A DNA stretch of 64,000 nt. Source: Desulfobacterales bacterium. Its GTDB lineage: Bacteria; Desulfobacterota; Desulfobacteria; Desulfobacterales; UBA5852. The position numbers and the translations under genes are program-made. The notes beneath the pieces are model-generated. The model ran no database searches. It saw only the letters and a program-made list of their open reading frames with translations, and was not told where the DNA came from. Shown piece after piece: positions 31,097-40,794 of this stretch; the stretch's first letter is position 1; each line of letters starts with the position of its first letter. Location: the NCBI GenBank assembly GCA_963674755.2, contig CAXXVS010000002.1, forward strand, positions 2,496,001 to 2,560,000. Direction: 5' to 3'.

Positions 31097-31269
31097 TGAA
31101 CCTTTGATCCTGTCAATACGCTTTCGCGCTTTTAAATTAGCGGTACTTTCCTGTATCTAGCCCGAAAAGTCAACCATCCAAATCGGGTTGTCCGGCGGAC
31201 CTTGTTCTCCCCAGGTGCGCGGCGCCATTTGCGGTCGTGATCGGGCATATGGCACACCAATTAGGATGA

Positions 31270-31674
31270 CTATGCTTTGGGCGCCACCAGCCCTCTGACA
31301 TCCGTAATTTTAAACCGGACGGCGGCTACGATGGCGTTGGCGGAGCGGTCGCCGGCCACTTCCCGGATGTTTTTCCGGAACGAATCCAGCAGTTCACCGT
31401 AGCGCTCAAAGGAATCCAGTTCCAGGTAAAGCCGGGCCCCCTTCCATTCCGTCGGGGATTCGCCGGGCTCGATCACGATGAAACTGGCCTTGGGATTTTC
31501 CTGCAGATTTTGGAAGGACCGGTTGTCGCCGATGGCCATGATCACGGTGTCCTCGTCGATCATGCGCGGCGAGCCGAAAACGGCGGCGTCGACATTGCCG
31601 TCTTTGTCGGCCGTGGCCAGCGCACCAATGCGGGTCTTCTTGTTGAACATCCTCATCACCTGTTTTCGATCCAT
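31270..31674 (-). CDS. Pyridoxamine 5'-phosphate oxidase-like FMN-binding protein
   Basis: LATADKDG, SFQNLQENPKA, KGARLYL. Confidence 0.85.
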   Translation of the reverse strand: MDRKQVMRMFNKKTRIGALATADKDGNVDAAVFGSPRMIDEDTVIMAIGDNRSFQNLQENPKASFIVIEPGESPTEWKGARLYLELDSFERYGELLDSFRKNIREVAGDRSANAIVAAVRFKITDVRGLVAPKA

Positions 31675-32167
31675 GTCGTCTCCTTATGGTTTTGGGCCGC
31701 GTATACACAGACACTATCGCCAATGTTTCCGATCCATCCGGAAGTCAATGAACCTTGTTAATCAGTGGCCGTCCCGAAATGGTAGATTTTAGTTCCTGTC
31801 AAGGCCCGAACGCGTTTTCCCGCTTTGCGGGACTTCCCATCCGATTGATTCCCAGCGGTGGGTGTCAACCGGCGGAATAGTTCACTGTTTCGAGGATTGA
31901 CAACAAGCGAGACGCGGCCAGGGGCCGAAAGATGCCATTTCGGGCTGGACACTGATAGGGTAATACCGAACCTCGCCGGCGCAACGGGTGTCACGGGCGG
32001 TTCCAACCGCAATCGGCTGAGGGGAGGACTGAACTGGGACTTTCACCATAGTGGGGCGCTTCCGCCGGGCGACCGGGCGGTGGCTTTCAGTTTTTCGGGT
32101 CATGCCGGAGACAACGCTACACGGTGGGATTTCTGGCGCCCCCCCTGAGATGGCATAGGAAGCCTGG

Positions 32168-32551
32168 TTATATCGTCGGCCGGATATAGTCGACGGCGAC
32201 ACCAAAGCGCAGTCGGTTCGCCTTCTCCAGAGATTCGCAGCGGGTAACCCGGGCCGTAACCATACTGATGAAACTTGCCAGTTGGTGATCTTCAGGACGG
32301 TTTTCGGTCGCACAGGCGAAATCGGCGACCACATCGCATTCGCCATCGCCCCACAAAGGGGCGGCGGCCCCGCAGGCTAGCGGAAGAATGACGATGCAGC
32401 TGCCGGGGCTGAGCTTGCGGGTAGAAAAGAAAAACATCCCGCTGCGGCTGAAGTTGCGGACGATGCCGATATAGTTTTCGTTCTTGTTCAGCTGCGAGAA
32501 GGTTATCGCGTTGTTTGTCGTGAAGCGGGGTTCTCTGCGTTTATCGCTCAT
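32168..32551 (-). CDS. PilZ-domain protein
   Basis: DKRREPR and NFSRSG c-di-GMP-binding motifs, FGVAV. Confidence 0.8.
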   Translation of the reverse strand: MSDKRREPRFTTNNAITFSQLNKNENYIGIVRNFSRSGMFFFSTRKLSPGSCIVILPLACGAAAPLWGDGECDVVADFACATENRPEDHQLASFISMVTARVTRCESLEKANRLRFGVAVDYIRPTI

Positions 32552-32980
32552 TTCGTTTGTCACGCCGGCACCCTCCAGTGTTCTCCGACACCGATCCTGA
32601 CCCGAATCGACGGTGGGGCTTAAACCACATCCATGGGCAGCACCTAACATCCGCTACCGCCTAGGTTACCCCACCCGGCCTGCGCCGTCTTCAAGGTTTT
32701 GGTTTACGCGCAGCAGCGGCTATCAAAAGGCATTCGGAGACTGGCGGGGAGTCCTCAGCGGTCGAAGCTGCAATAGCATGGGCCGAGGATCGTTGAGGTC
32801 ATGGCCGCATCCAGGCGAAGCGATGCTGCTCTTGGTGCGCTGAACTGTTACAAAATGAGGGCTCTCAGGGCTGATGTCAAGAATCAGGAGGCACGAAACA
32901 AGCCCGATGACAGGTTTTGTCAGGCTCTCCCCACCGTCGGGCCGACAGCACCCGGCGGCATCGCGCAAAGGGCCCCAATG

Positions 32981-33841
32981 CTACTGGCTGAAAAAGCGGT
33001 AGATAGCAGCAAAATCCTCTTCCCCCAGGCCGTGCTGTTCAGCAAGGGCGTAGATCTCTTTGACGCTGTTCAGGGCCGGCAGCGCGACATTACATTCGTA
33101 GGCCGTCCGGGCGGCCAGATGGAGGTCTTTGCGCATCCAGCGCAACGGGAAATGGGCTTTGAAATCATTCCGCTCGATGAGGCCTTGTTTCAGCTGCAGA
33201 AAAGGAGCCGCCACCGGGGAACTGAGGATCGTTTCGGCGATGGTGGCTTTGGCAAACCCCAGGGCTTCGCCGAGCACCAGCGCTTCGCTGTAAGCGGCCA
33301 TGGCGCTGCCCAGCATGAGGTTGACCAGCATCTTCATGGCCGCCCCCTGCCCCGCTTCCCCCATGGGTAAAATCGCCTTGCCCATGCAGGCCAAAAGGGG
33401 ACGGGCTTCTTCCAGATCTTCGGCCTTACCGCCCACGAAGAAAACCAGCTCGCCGTTTTCAGCCGGTCCTTTGGTGCCAGCCACCGGGGCGTCCAGGTGG
33501 CGCACCCCGCTGTCAGCGGCCACGCCCGCCATCCAGCGTGCAAAACCGGGATCCACCGTGGAACAGTCGACCCACAGGGCGCCTTGCGGCAGAGCACCTA
33601 AAAATCCATTTTCCGCGACCGCCAGATTCTGCACCACCTCGGGGGTAGGCAGCATGGTAAACAGCACGTCCACCCGGCTTGCCAGATCGCTCGGGGTCGC
33701 TGCCCACTTCGCCCCCCGGGCCAGCAGATCTTCGGCCTTGGACGCGGTGCGGTTGTGAATCGTCAGGTCGTATCCGCCGTCCAGGAGATTGCGGGCCATA
33801 CGGCTGCCCATAATGCCCAAACCGATGAAACCGGTTCGCAT
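32981..33841 (-). CDS. 3-hydroxyisobutyrate dehydrogenase-like NAD(P)-dependent oxidoreductase
   Basis: GFIGLGIMG, DAPVAG, KMLVN, KDL. Confidence 0.92.
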   Translation of the reverse strand: MRTGFIGLGIMGSRMARNLLDGGYDLTIHNRTASKAEDLLARGAKWAATPSDLASRVDVLFTMLPTPEVVQNLAVAENGFLGALPQGALWVDCSTVDPGFARWMAGVAADSGVRHLDAPVAGTKGPAENGELVFFVGGKAEDLEEARPLLACMGKAILPMGEAGQGAAMKMLVNLMLGSAMAAYSEALVLGEALGFAKATIAETILSSPVAAPFLQLKQGLIERNDFKAHFPLRWMRKDLHLAARTAYECNVALPALNSVKEIYALAEQHGLGEEDFAAIYRFFSQ

Positions 33842-33889
33842 GGATCCTCCTTTAGCTGTTCCATTGCATTGGGTGTTCGCAATTCGCCC

Positions 33890-34873
33890 TCATCGGGCCG
33901 GCGGCGCCATGAATTCGGGGCCCACCGGGTCCGGAATCGTCTCCGCCAGAATCGCATCCACCGCGCTCTTGAAGGCCCCGTCGATCTGCCAGCCCACAAT
34001 ATCCTCGATGGGATCCATCTGCTCCGGACGGCGTCCGCCCCAAATGGCGATCGCAGCCCCCATGTCGAGTACCCAGCGCACGGCAGCGGCCAACAGTGTT
34101 CGCTGATAACGCTCCCGGGCGAGCTGTTCGATGCGGCTAGCCGCCGTAAGATAGTGGTCGAAGCGCGGGGCCTGGAACTTGGGATCATAGTTGCGCAGAT
34201 CGTCGCCGGAAAAATCGCGGTCGGACGTCATCTTGCCGGAGAGCAGTCCCCGGCAGAGAGCCCCGTAGGTCATGAGCGCAATGCTGTTCCTTTTGCAATA
34301 GGGCAAAATGTTATCCTCGATGTCGCGCTCAAATATATTGTAAGGCGGTTGGCACAGGTGCAGGTCGACGGCCTGACGAAAGACATCCATCTGGTCCGGC
34401 GAAAAATTGCTCACACCGCAGGCCCTGATCTTGCCTTGTTTCTTCAGGCGCTCCATGACGCCTGCCGTATCCTCAAAGGGGACTTTCGGATCGGGCCAGT
34501 GGATGAAATAGATATCGATGACATCGGTCTGCAGACGCTTGAGGGAGGCCTCCACCTCTTCGCCGATGCGCGCGGGCAACGAATTGCGCGAGACCTTGCC
34601 GTCCTGCCATGCCAGTCCGGCCTTGGTGGAGATATGGATCTGCGTCCGCCGGCCGTACTGCTTGACGGCCCGCCCGACGATTTCCTCGGAACGTCCGAAC
34701 CCGTAAACCGGGGCCGTGTCGATCAGGTTCACGCCCTTGTCGAGGGCCGCGTGGATCGTGTCGATGGACATCTTCTCATCCGTACCGCCCCACATCCAGC
34801 CTCCGATGGCCCAGGTCCCCAAAGCGATGCGGGACACCTCCAAATCCGTCCCCGGGATGGTCACCATTTCCAT
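33890..34873 (-). CDS. Aldo/keto reductase
   Basis: LGTWAIGG, DTAPVYG, IYFIHWPD, GVSNFS. Confidence 0.95.
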   Translation of the reverse strand: MEMVTIPGTDLEVSRIALGTWAIGGWMWGGTDEKMSIDTIHAALDKGVNLIDTAPVYGFGRSEEIVGRAVKQYGRRTQIHISTKAGLAWQDGKVSRNSLPARIGEEVEASLKRLQTDVIDIYFIHWPDPKVPFEDTAGVMERLKKQGKIRACGVSNFSPDQMDVFRQAVDLHLCQPPYNIFERDIEDNILPYCKRNSIALMTYGALCRGLLSGKMTSDRDFSGDDLRNYDPKFQAPRFDHYLTAASRIEQLARERYQRTLLAAAVRWVLDMGAAIAIWGGRRPEQMDPIEDIVGWQIDGAFKSAVDAILAETIPDPVGPEFMAPPAR

Positions 34874-35131
34874 TTGAAAAACTCCTTTCGTCTAACCGGC
34901 GCTGGCGCAAAACCGCTATGCGTTATGATGCCCACTAAACAGCTATCTTTTTGTTCCGATGAATAGAAGGCAGCGGCTGGTGGTTGTAAATGGGGTTGAT
35001 GCCGTATTTATGACAGGCGCCCCCCCTTCCAATACGCACCCTTCACAAACCGCCTGCCAGGTATAAAAAGGAAAAAGTCGCTGCCAAAGGGCGCTCACTT
35101 GGTGGTGACGAAATAAATGATCGATCGCCTG

Positions 35132-35668
35132 TCATGGTCGAGCCGGAAATGGCACAATGGGTCCTAGATCATCTGGTGTTGTTGGGGTGCGCTGCTCATA
35201 GGGACACATTTCGCCTTTCGCCAGGCATCCTTCGGCTTGCTGCCCAAAAAAGCCCGAGCCAATGACCAATGTGGGAAGCGGCTCCAGGCCGATTTCAGGT
35301 CGACACTGATTAAACGTTTTCAGCAGGGGAAGCATTGAACTTCCACGATCAATGGCATTGCAAACAAGCCGCTCGGAATCACCAATCCCCATGTAGATGT
35401 TTAAAAGATAGGCGACCGCCTCATTACCCGCATCGGAGCGATCGCGCAGGATGGCGTTAAACCATTTGTTGACCTTAGGCGTATACCGGGATTCAGCACG
35501 CCAAAGACCGTCCTCAGTGTACTGCTCGCGCACCTGCTTGATCCGCAGTTCCATAAAGGGCCTTACGATCCAGTAGGCCTGGTGAGACAGGGCTGGGGGT
35601 TTGCAATCCTCCGCCTGGACGGCGCCTCCCACTAGCATAAAGGCCAGCAGCAAGAAAACGGTACGCAT
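35132..35668 (-). CDS. Exported hypothetical protein
   Basis: AGGAG RBS, signal peptide ...AVQA. Confidence 0.6.
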   Translation of the reverse strand: MRTVFLLLAFMLVGGAVQAEDCKPPALSHQAYWIVRPFMELRIKQVREQYTEDGLWRAESRYTPKVNKWFNAILRDRSDAGNEAVAYLLNIYMGIGDSERLVCNAIDRGSSMLPLLKTFNQCRPEIGLEPLPTLVIGSGFFGQQAEGCLAKGEMCPYEQRTPTTPDDLGPIVPFPARP

Positions 35669-35691
35669 GGTTTATCTCCTGAAGGTCGTCG

Positions 35692-36141
35692 TCAGCTTGG
35701 CGCGGTATCGTCTTTGAATCGCAACGCACCACTGGCCGTAAAGGCAAACATCGGCCCCCAGGCCACTTCCCAGTAGGTGCCGTCCGGATCGGCAAAGTAA
35801 CCGCTGAAGCCGCCCCATCCGGTGTTCTGGGGGGGCTTCACGATACGCCCCCCGGCCGATCCCACCCGCTCCATGATCGCCCGGACCTCATCCCGGCTGC
35901 GGGCGTTGTGAGCCAGCGTGATGCCGCCGAAACCGCCGCGGCTGACCGTGAGGTCGGGTGCGATATCCTGGGCAAGATCCTTTAGCGGATAGAGGGCAAG
36001 CCAGGTTCCCGGCAGTTCGATAAAAGTGACACCGTCATAGGATGTGTTGGGGGGCGTATCCAGAACGGTTTCATAAAATGCGGTGGCCCGGCCCAAATCG
36101 GCCACGCCGAGGGTTACCATGCTGAGCCTTGGGATTTTCAT
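35692..36141 (-). CDS. VOC/glyoxalase family protein
   Basis: VTLGVADL, ITLAHN, WGGFSGYFADPDG. Confidence 0.92.
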   Translation of the reverse strand: MKIPRLSMVTLGVADLGRATAFYETVLDTPPNTSYDGVTFIELPGTWLALYPLKDLAQDIAPDLTVSRGGFGGITLAHNARSRDEVRAIMERVGSAGGRIVKPPQNTGWGGFSGYFADPDGTYWEVAWGPMFAFTASGALRFKDDTAPS

Positions 36142-36199
36142 GATCTCTCCTTGGCCGAAGCCATGAACACGCAGGTACGATACTCCGGGTGCGCTTCGT

Positions 36200-37657
36200 T
36201 CAGTTGAGGTTATGGATGATGTCTCCTATCGTTTTAACCCCCGCCTCCAATGCGTCACTCCAGGGAAAGCCGCAGGACAACCGGATGCAATGGCGGTAGC
36301 GGCGGGTGGTGGAACACATGATGCCCGGCATGATGGCGATGCGCTGCTCACGGGCCTGATGGAACACGTCCAAGGCATCGATCTTGTTGGCCAGTTCGAT
36401 CCACAGGGTAACGCCGCCTTTGGGGGAAGTCATCTTCGTCCCCTCCGGGAAATAGCGGGCCACCGCCAGGGCGAGATTGGCGGCCTGGGTCTTGAGGGCC
36501 GGACGGAGTCGACGGAGGTGGCGCTCGAAGGCGCCATCTTTTAAATAGGCGGCCATCACAAGCTGGTTCAGGGTCGGGGAGGCGATGGAAAGATTCAACT
36601 TGAGCCGCCGCACCTTGTCCCGGTAGCGGCCCGGGATGGTCCAGCCCAACCGCAACCCCGGGGCCAGGGTCTTGGAAAAGGAAGAACAGTAGAGCACCTC
36701 CCCCGTACGGTCATAGGCCTTGAGCGGTGTGGGGCGCGTTTCCTCGAAAAAAAGCTCCCCGTGGATATCGTCTTCGATGATCGGAATACCACGCTCCCCG
36801 AACATCGTGACCAGACGCTTCTTATGCGCGTCCGGCATCACACAGCCCAGGGGATTGTGAAAATTCGGCACGAGAATGCATGCGGCAACCGGGTTTTCAC
36901 GGACCGCGCGCTCCAGGGCCTCCAGATCGATGCCCTTCTGGGGATCGGTGGGCACTTCCAGGGCCAACATGTTCAAATCTTCGATCAGCTGGAGAAACCA
37001 GGGATAGGTGGGCGATTCGACCACGATGGTATCCCCCGGACGGGCGGCCGCCTGGAGGCACAGCCCCACGGCCTCGATGCAGCCGTTGGTGATCACCAGA
37101 TCGTCGATGTCGTTCACCGGGCCGATATGCAGGCTCCGCTTGGCAATCTGCTCCCGCAGGCCCGGATTGCCGTATGGATTTTCATAGGTCGCAAGGCCGG
37201 TGGTCAACTGCCGGGCGGTCAGGGCGCGCAGGCTGCGGGACAAGGCCTTGACCGGCAGGAGCGCCGGAGCGGTCAGCGTGCCGCCGAGCTGCAGAAACGA
37301 TGGATCGCTCATGGCCTCCACGATGGAACTGGCCAGTGTGCTGACGGTCACTTTTTTGGGAACCGCCCGGTAGCGCTGCCAGTCCGGCGCCTTAAGAATC
37401 CTTTCCTTGCGGGGACGGACGAAATAGCCCGATTTCTGGCGCGGGGTCACCAGGCCGCGCTTTTCAAGCTCGATAAAGGCCTGGTAGACCGTGGTGATGC
37501 TCAATCCGGTCCTCCGATGAAGGCGGCGGATGGACGGCAGTTTTTCACCGGCCCGGTAGACCCCGGTGGTGATATTGCTTTCAAGTTCATCCGCCAGGCG
37601 GATGTAGCGAAACCCTTCTTTAACGGCCGTCTGCGAACCCAATGAAAGTTCCCGCAT
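36200..37657 (-). CDS. MocR/GntR-family regulator (HTH + PLP aminotransferase domain)
   Basis: KLPSIR...TVYQAF HTH; EDDIH, SFSKTLAPGLRLGW. Confidence 0.93.
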   Translation of the reverse strand: MRELSLGSQTAVKEGFRYIRLADELESNITTGVYRAGEKLPSIRRLHRRTGLSITTVYQAFIELEKRGLVTPRQKSGYFVRPRKERILKAPDWQRYRAVPKKVTVSTLASSIVEAMSDPSFLQLGGTLTAPALLPVKALSRSLRALTARQLTTGLATYENPYGNPGLREQIAKRSLHIGPVNDIDDLVITNGCIEAVGLCLQAAARPGDTIVVESPTYPWFLQLIEDLNMLALEVPTDPQKGIDLEALERAVRENPVAACILVPNFHNPLGCVMPDAHKKRLVTMFGERGIPIIEDDIHGELFFEETRPTPLKAYDRTGEVLYCSSFSKTLAPGLRLGWTIPGRYRDKVRRLKLNLSIASPTLNQLVMAAYLKDGAFERHLRRLRPALKTQAANLALAVARYFPEGTKMTSPKGGVTLWIELANKIDALDVFHQAREQRIAIMPGIMCSTTRRYRHCIRLSCGFPWSDALEAGVKTIGDIIHNLN

Positions 37658-37801
37658 CTGTTATGGTCGTAAAATTTATTTTCTGTATCTGTTATTACTT
37701 AGCAGATGTGGTACCCCTCGGCAACCGGTTTTCGTTGGTTGGAAGATGTTGAGCGCCGTCTGGGTCTTGCGCGGGCAGCACCGCTTCGATAGCCTGTCCC
37801 C

Positions 37802-38584
37802 ATGCGCCTGCCGAAGAAAGATAAATTTCCCATGCAAGTTGCTGTTGACCATCGCCCAAGCCACCTGCACGAAACCGCCGCGCTTCAGTTGCGCCGCGGC
37901 TTCATTGCCAATCTGCCGGTGGCGGCCAGCGTTGCCGCCTACGGGAGTGTGCTGGGGGTGCTGGCCGCCCAGAAGGGTATCGGCTGGTCCACACTGCTGC
38001 TGATGAACCTTTCCGTCTTTGCCGGTTCGGCCCAGTTCGTGATGGTGGACATGTGGGCCCCGCCGCTGCCCGTGGTCGAAATGATTATGGCCGTTCTGAT
38101 CATCAATATGCGCTACCTGCTGATCGGGGCCTCCCTGCACCCGCTTTTCCAAGGCAAAACCCTGCGGCACAAAATGGCCATGATGCACCTGGTGGCCGAC
38201 GAGAACTGGGCGGTGACCATGGCCGCCCACCGCAGCGGCATTGCCACGACGGCTTTTCTCTTCGGCGGAGGCCTCTGTGTGCTCTCGGCCTGGTGCGCCG
38301 GCACCATGCTGGGACACCGGCTCGGCGCCGTGGTGCAGAACCCCGAGGCCTATGCCCTGGACTTCGCTTTCGTGGCCGTATTTACGGCCCTGACGGTGAG
38401 CCTGTGGCGTGGACGGCAGGACGTCCTGCCCTGGCTGGTGGCCGCTGTGGTAGCGGTCGGTGTGGAAAAACTTCTGCCCGGCAAGTGGTACATCCTGGCC
38501 GGCGGCATCGCCGGCGCCCTGGTGCCGGTGTTGCGCCCATACGGCGGCCAATGGCGAAAGGGAAAACGTGATGGTCTGGGATAA
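37802..38584 (+). CDS. AzlC-family amino acid exporter permease
   Basis: FAGSAQF, INMRYLL, DENWA. Confidence 0.9.
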   Translation: MRLPKKDKFPMQVAVDHRPSHLHETAALQLRRGFIANLPVAASVAAYGSVLGVLAAQKGIGWSTLLLMNLSVFAGSAQFVMVDMWAPPLPVVEMIMAVLIINMRYLLIGASLHPLFQGKTLRHKMAMMHLVADENWAVTMAAHRSGIATTAFLFGGGLCVLSAWCAGTMLGHRLGAVVQNPEAYALDFAFVAVFTALTVSLWRGRQDVLPWLVAAVVAVGVEKLLPGKWYILAGGIAGALVPVLRPYGGQWRKGKRDGLG

Positions 38585-38885
38585 CATGGATATGGCGGCG
38601 ATTACGGCCGTTCTGGGGGCGGCGGCCGCCACCTATGGACTGCGCCTGGGCGGCCTGCTGCTCTCCGAGCGGCTGCCCCAAAACGGCGGATTCCGGCGCT
38701 TCATGGAAGCCCTGCCCGGCACCATCCTGCTCTCCCTCGTAGCGCCCGGCATTCTGGCGGCGGGACCTTGGGGTGCTGTGGCGGCCGCCAGTACGGCCGT
38801 GTGCACCTGGAAGACCCGCAACGTCTTCCTGTCGATGATTGTCGGGGTGGTCATCGTGGCCGCCACCCGCCGACTGGGTCTGTGA
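38571..38885 (+). CDS. AzlD-family membrane protein
   Basis: TYGLRLGG, LPGTILLSLVAP; overlaps azlC-like stop. Confidence 0.85.
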   Translation: MVWDNMDMAAITAVLGAAAATYGLRLGGLLLSERLPQNGGFRRFMEALPGTILLSLVAPGILAAGPWGAVAAASTAVCTWKTRNVFLSMIVGVVIVAATRRLGL

Positions 38886-39098
38886 CCAACTCGATTCAAG
38901 ACCTGTCTGTCAGACACTCAGTTTGTACCCCACGCCATAGATGGTCCGGATGACCTCTTTGCCGGGAAGCCGCGCCGCGATTTTTTTGCGCAAATTTTTC
39001 ATATAGTTACCTGTCTGTCGGCTGCGGTTTAGGTCCTTCCTTAAAATCATTGACCGCCATTTGCAATCGTCATTCCGTCATTCCTGACAAATCCCAGA

Positions 39099-39120
39099 TT
39101 TCCTCCACAATTTCTCCACA
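39099..39120 (+). promoter_or_regulatory. 11-bp-period direct repeat (TTCCTCCACA/TTTCTCCACA), candidate OmpR/BaeR-type operator
   Basis: Tandem repeat about 220 bp upstream of the efflux operon. Confidence 0.4.
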
Positions 39121-39343
39121 TTCAAGGCTAAATCATCTCATGCGCAGCAAAAAACTGGCGAAAAGGGCATTTTTCATGTCGTCCATTTCCCGACATCCAA
39201 CGTCACACACAATAGATAAACCGTCTTGCAGATCGGTTTGGTGAAGGCAGCGATAATGCAACTTTTTTCAGGCAAGGATGTCGCCGGCGACCGGGGCATC
39301 ATTTCAGCACATCGAGATCGATAGCGAGGAGAGACGCCTCATC

Positions 39344-40789
39344 GTGACACGCATATTCCCCATCATTGGCCTGCTCGGGCTCCTCGTTTTTCAGGCGGGG
39401 TGTGCCGCGGTAGGTCCGGATTACATCAGGCCGCAGATGTCCCTGCCCGATCAGTGGCACGGTATTTCCGCTCCGGGATCGCCCCCTGGCGACCGTTTGT
39501 TGCCGGACTGGTGGGAAACCCTGAATGCCCCGGTTCTAACGGATTTGATCGATCAGGCGGCCGCCGCCAATCTGGATGTCCGCCAGGCTGCTTCACGGGT
39601 GCGTCAAGCCCGTTTGCAGCGCCGGCAAACCCAGGCCGCGCTGTACCCGACCGTGGATGCCACCGGCAGCGCCCGCAAAAGCGGCGCCCATGCCAATGAC
39701 GGGACCTATTCGGATAGTGAACTCTACGCCGCGGGGTTCGATGCCGGCTGGGAGCTGGATGTCTTCGGCGGTGTGCGGCGCGCGGTGGAGGCCTCCCAGG
39801 CCGACGTCGAGGCTAACGTCGAAAATCTCCGGGATGTCCAGGTGACCCTGCTGGCGGAAGTGGCCGTCAACTATGCCGATGTGCGCACTTATCAGGCACG
39901 CCTGGCCGTAGCCGAGCGCAATCTGGCGATCCAGGAAGAGACCTGGCAGCTGCTGGATGCCCTTTCCCGGGCGGGCGCGGGCGATGAACTGGCCGTCACC
40001 CAGGCCCGTTACAACCTGGAAAGCACGCGCGCGAAGATTCCCGATTTGAAGGTCGGGTTGGAAGCGGCCCTGAACCGGCTGGCCGTGCTGACCGGAAAGG
40101 CGCCGGGTTCGCTGCACAGTGGCTTGGAAGAGATCCAGCCGATTCCCCGGGTATCCGTCGCGATGGCTGTCGGCATCCCGGCCGATGTCGTGCGCCAGCG
40201 GCCGGACATCCGCCAGGCCGAGCGCGAACTGGCCGCCCAGACCGCCCGCGTCGGCGAAGCGACAGCCGAACTCTACCCCAAGTTCACCCTGAGCGGCTCC
40301 ATCGGGCTGGAATCCCTCTCGCTGGGCGACCTGTTCTCTTCCGGAAGTTCGCTGTGGTCCATCGGGCCCTCGGTCAGCTGGCCGGTCTTCGACGCCGGGG
40401 CGATTCGCAGCCATATCGGTGTGCAGGACGAACTCCGGCAACAGGCCCTGTTCACCTATGAAGCCGTGATCCTCTCCGCGCTCGAAGAAGTCGAAAACGC
40501 CCTGACCGCTTACGCCCAGGACCAGCATAAAATCGCGTCCCTGCAAGCCGCCGCCGAGGCCGCCCGCCAGGCCGCCCAGCTGGCCGGCCAACAATACATC
40601 GCCGGTCTGACCGGCTTCAGCGACGTGCTGGACGCCCAGCGCTCGTTGCTCTCCTTCGAGGACCAGATGACGGAAAGTCAAGGGGCGATTTTCGCGGATT
40701 TCGTCCGGCTTTACAAAGCACTAGGGGGCGGTTGGCAATCCTTGGAGCAAACGCCTTTAACGACGGCGCCCGCAAAGAACAAAGGATAA
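39344..40789 (+). CDS. Efflux outer membrane lipoprotein (TolC/NodT family)
   Basis: AGC lipobox, WELDVFG, RPDIRQAE, LYKALGGGW. Confidence 0.93.
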   Translation: MTRIFPIIGLLGLLVFQAGCAAVGPDYIRPQMSLPDQWHGISAPGSPPGDRLLPDWWETLNAPVLTDLIDQAAAANLDVRQAASRVRQARLQRRQTQAALYPTVDATGSARKSGAHANDGTYSDSELYAAGFDAGWELDVFGGVRRAVEASQADVEANVENLRDVQVTLLAEVAVNYADVRTYQARLAVAERNLAIQEETWQLLDALSRAGAGDELAVTQARYNLESTRAKIPDLKVGLEAALNRLAVLTGKAPGSLHSGLEEIQPIPRVSVAMAVGIPADVVRQRPDIRQAERELAAQTARVGEATAELYPKFTLSGSIGLESLSLGDLFSSGSSLWSIGPSVSWPVFDAGAIRSHIGVQDELRQQALFTYEAVILSALEEVENALTAYAQDQHKIASLQAAAEAARQAAQLAGQQYIAGLTGFSDVLDAQRSLLSFEDQMTESQGAIFADFVRLYKALGGGWQSLEQTPLTTAPAKNKG

Positions 40790-40794
40790 TCGAC

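Noticed and set aside
32630..32720. c-di-GMP riboswitch upstream of the PilZ gene
   Set aside because: Only fragmentary resemblance; no GGCAAAC/GAAA tetraloop/GCAAAG core.
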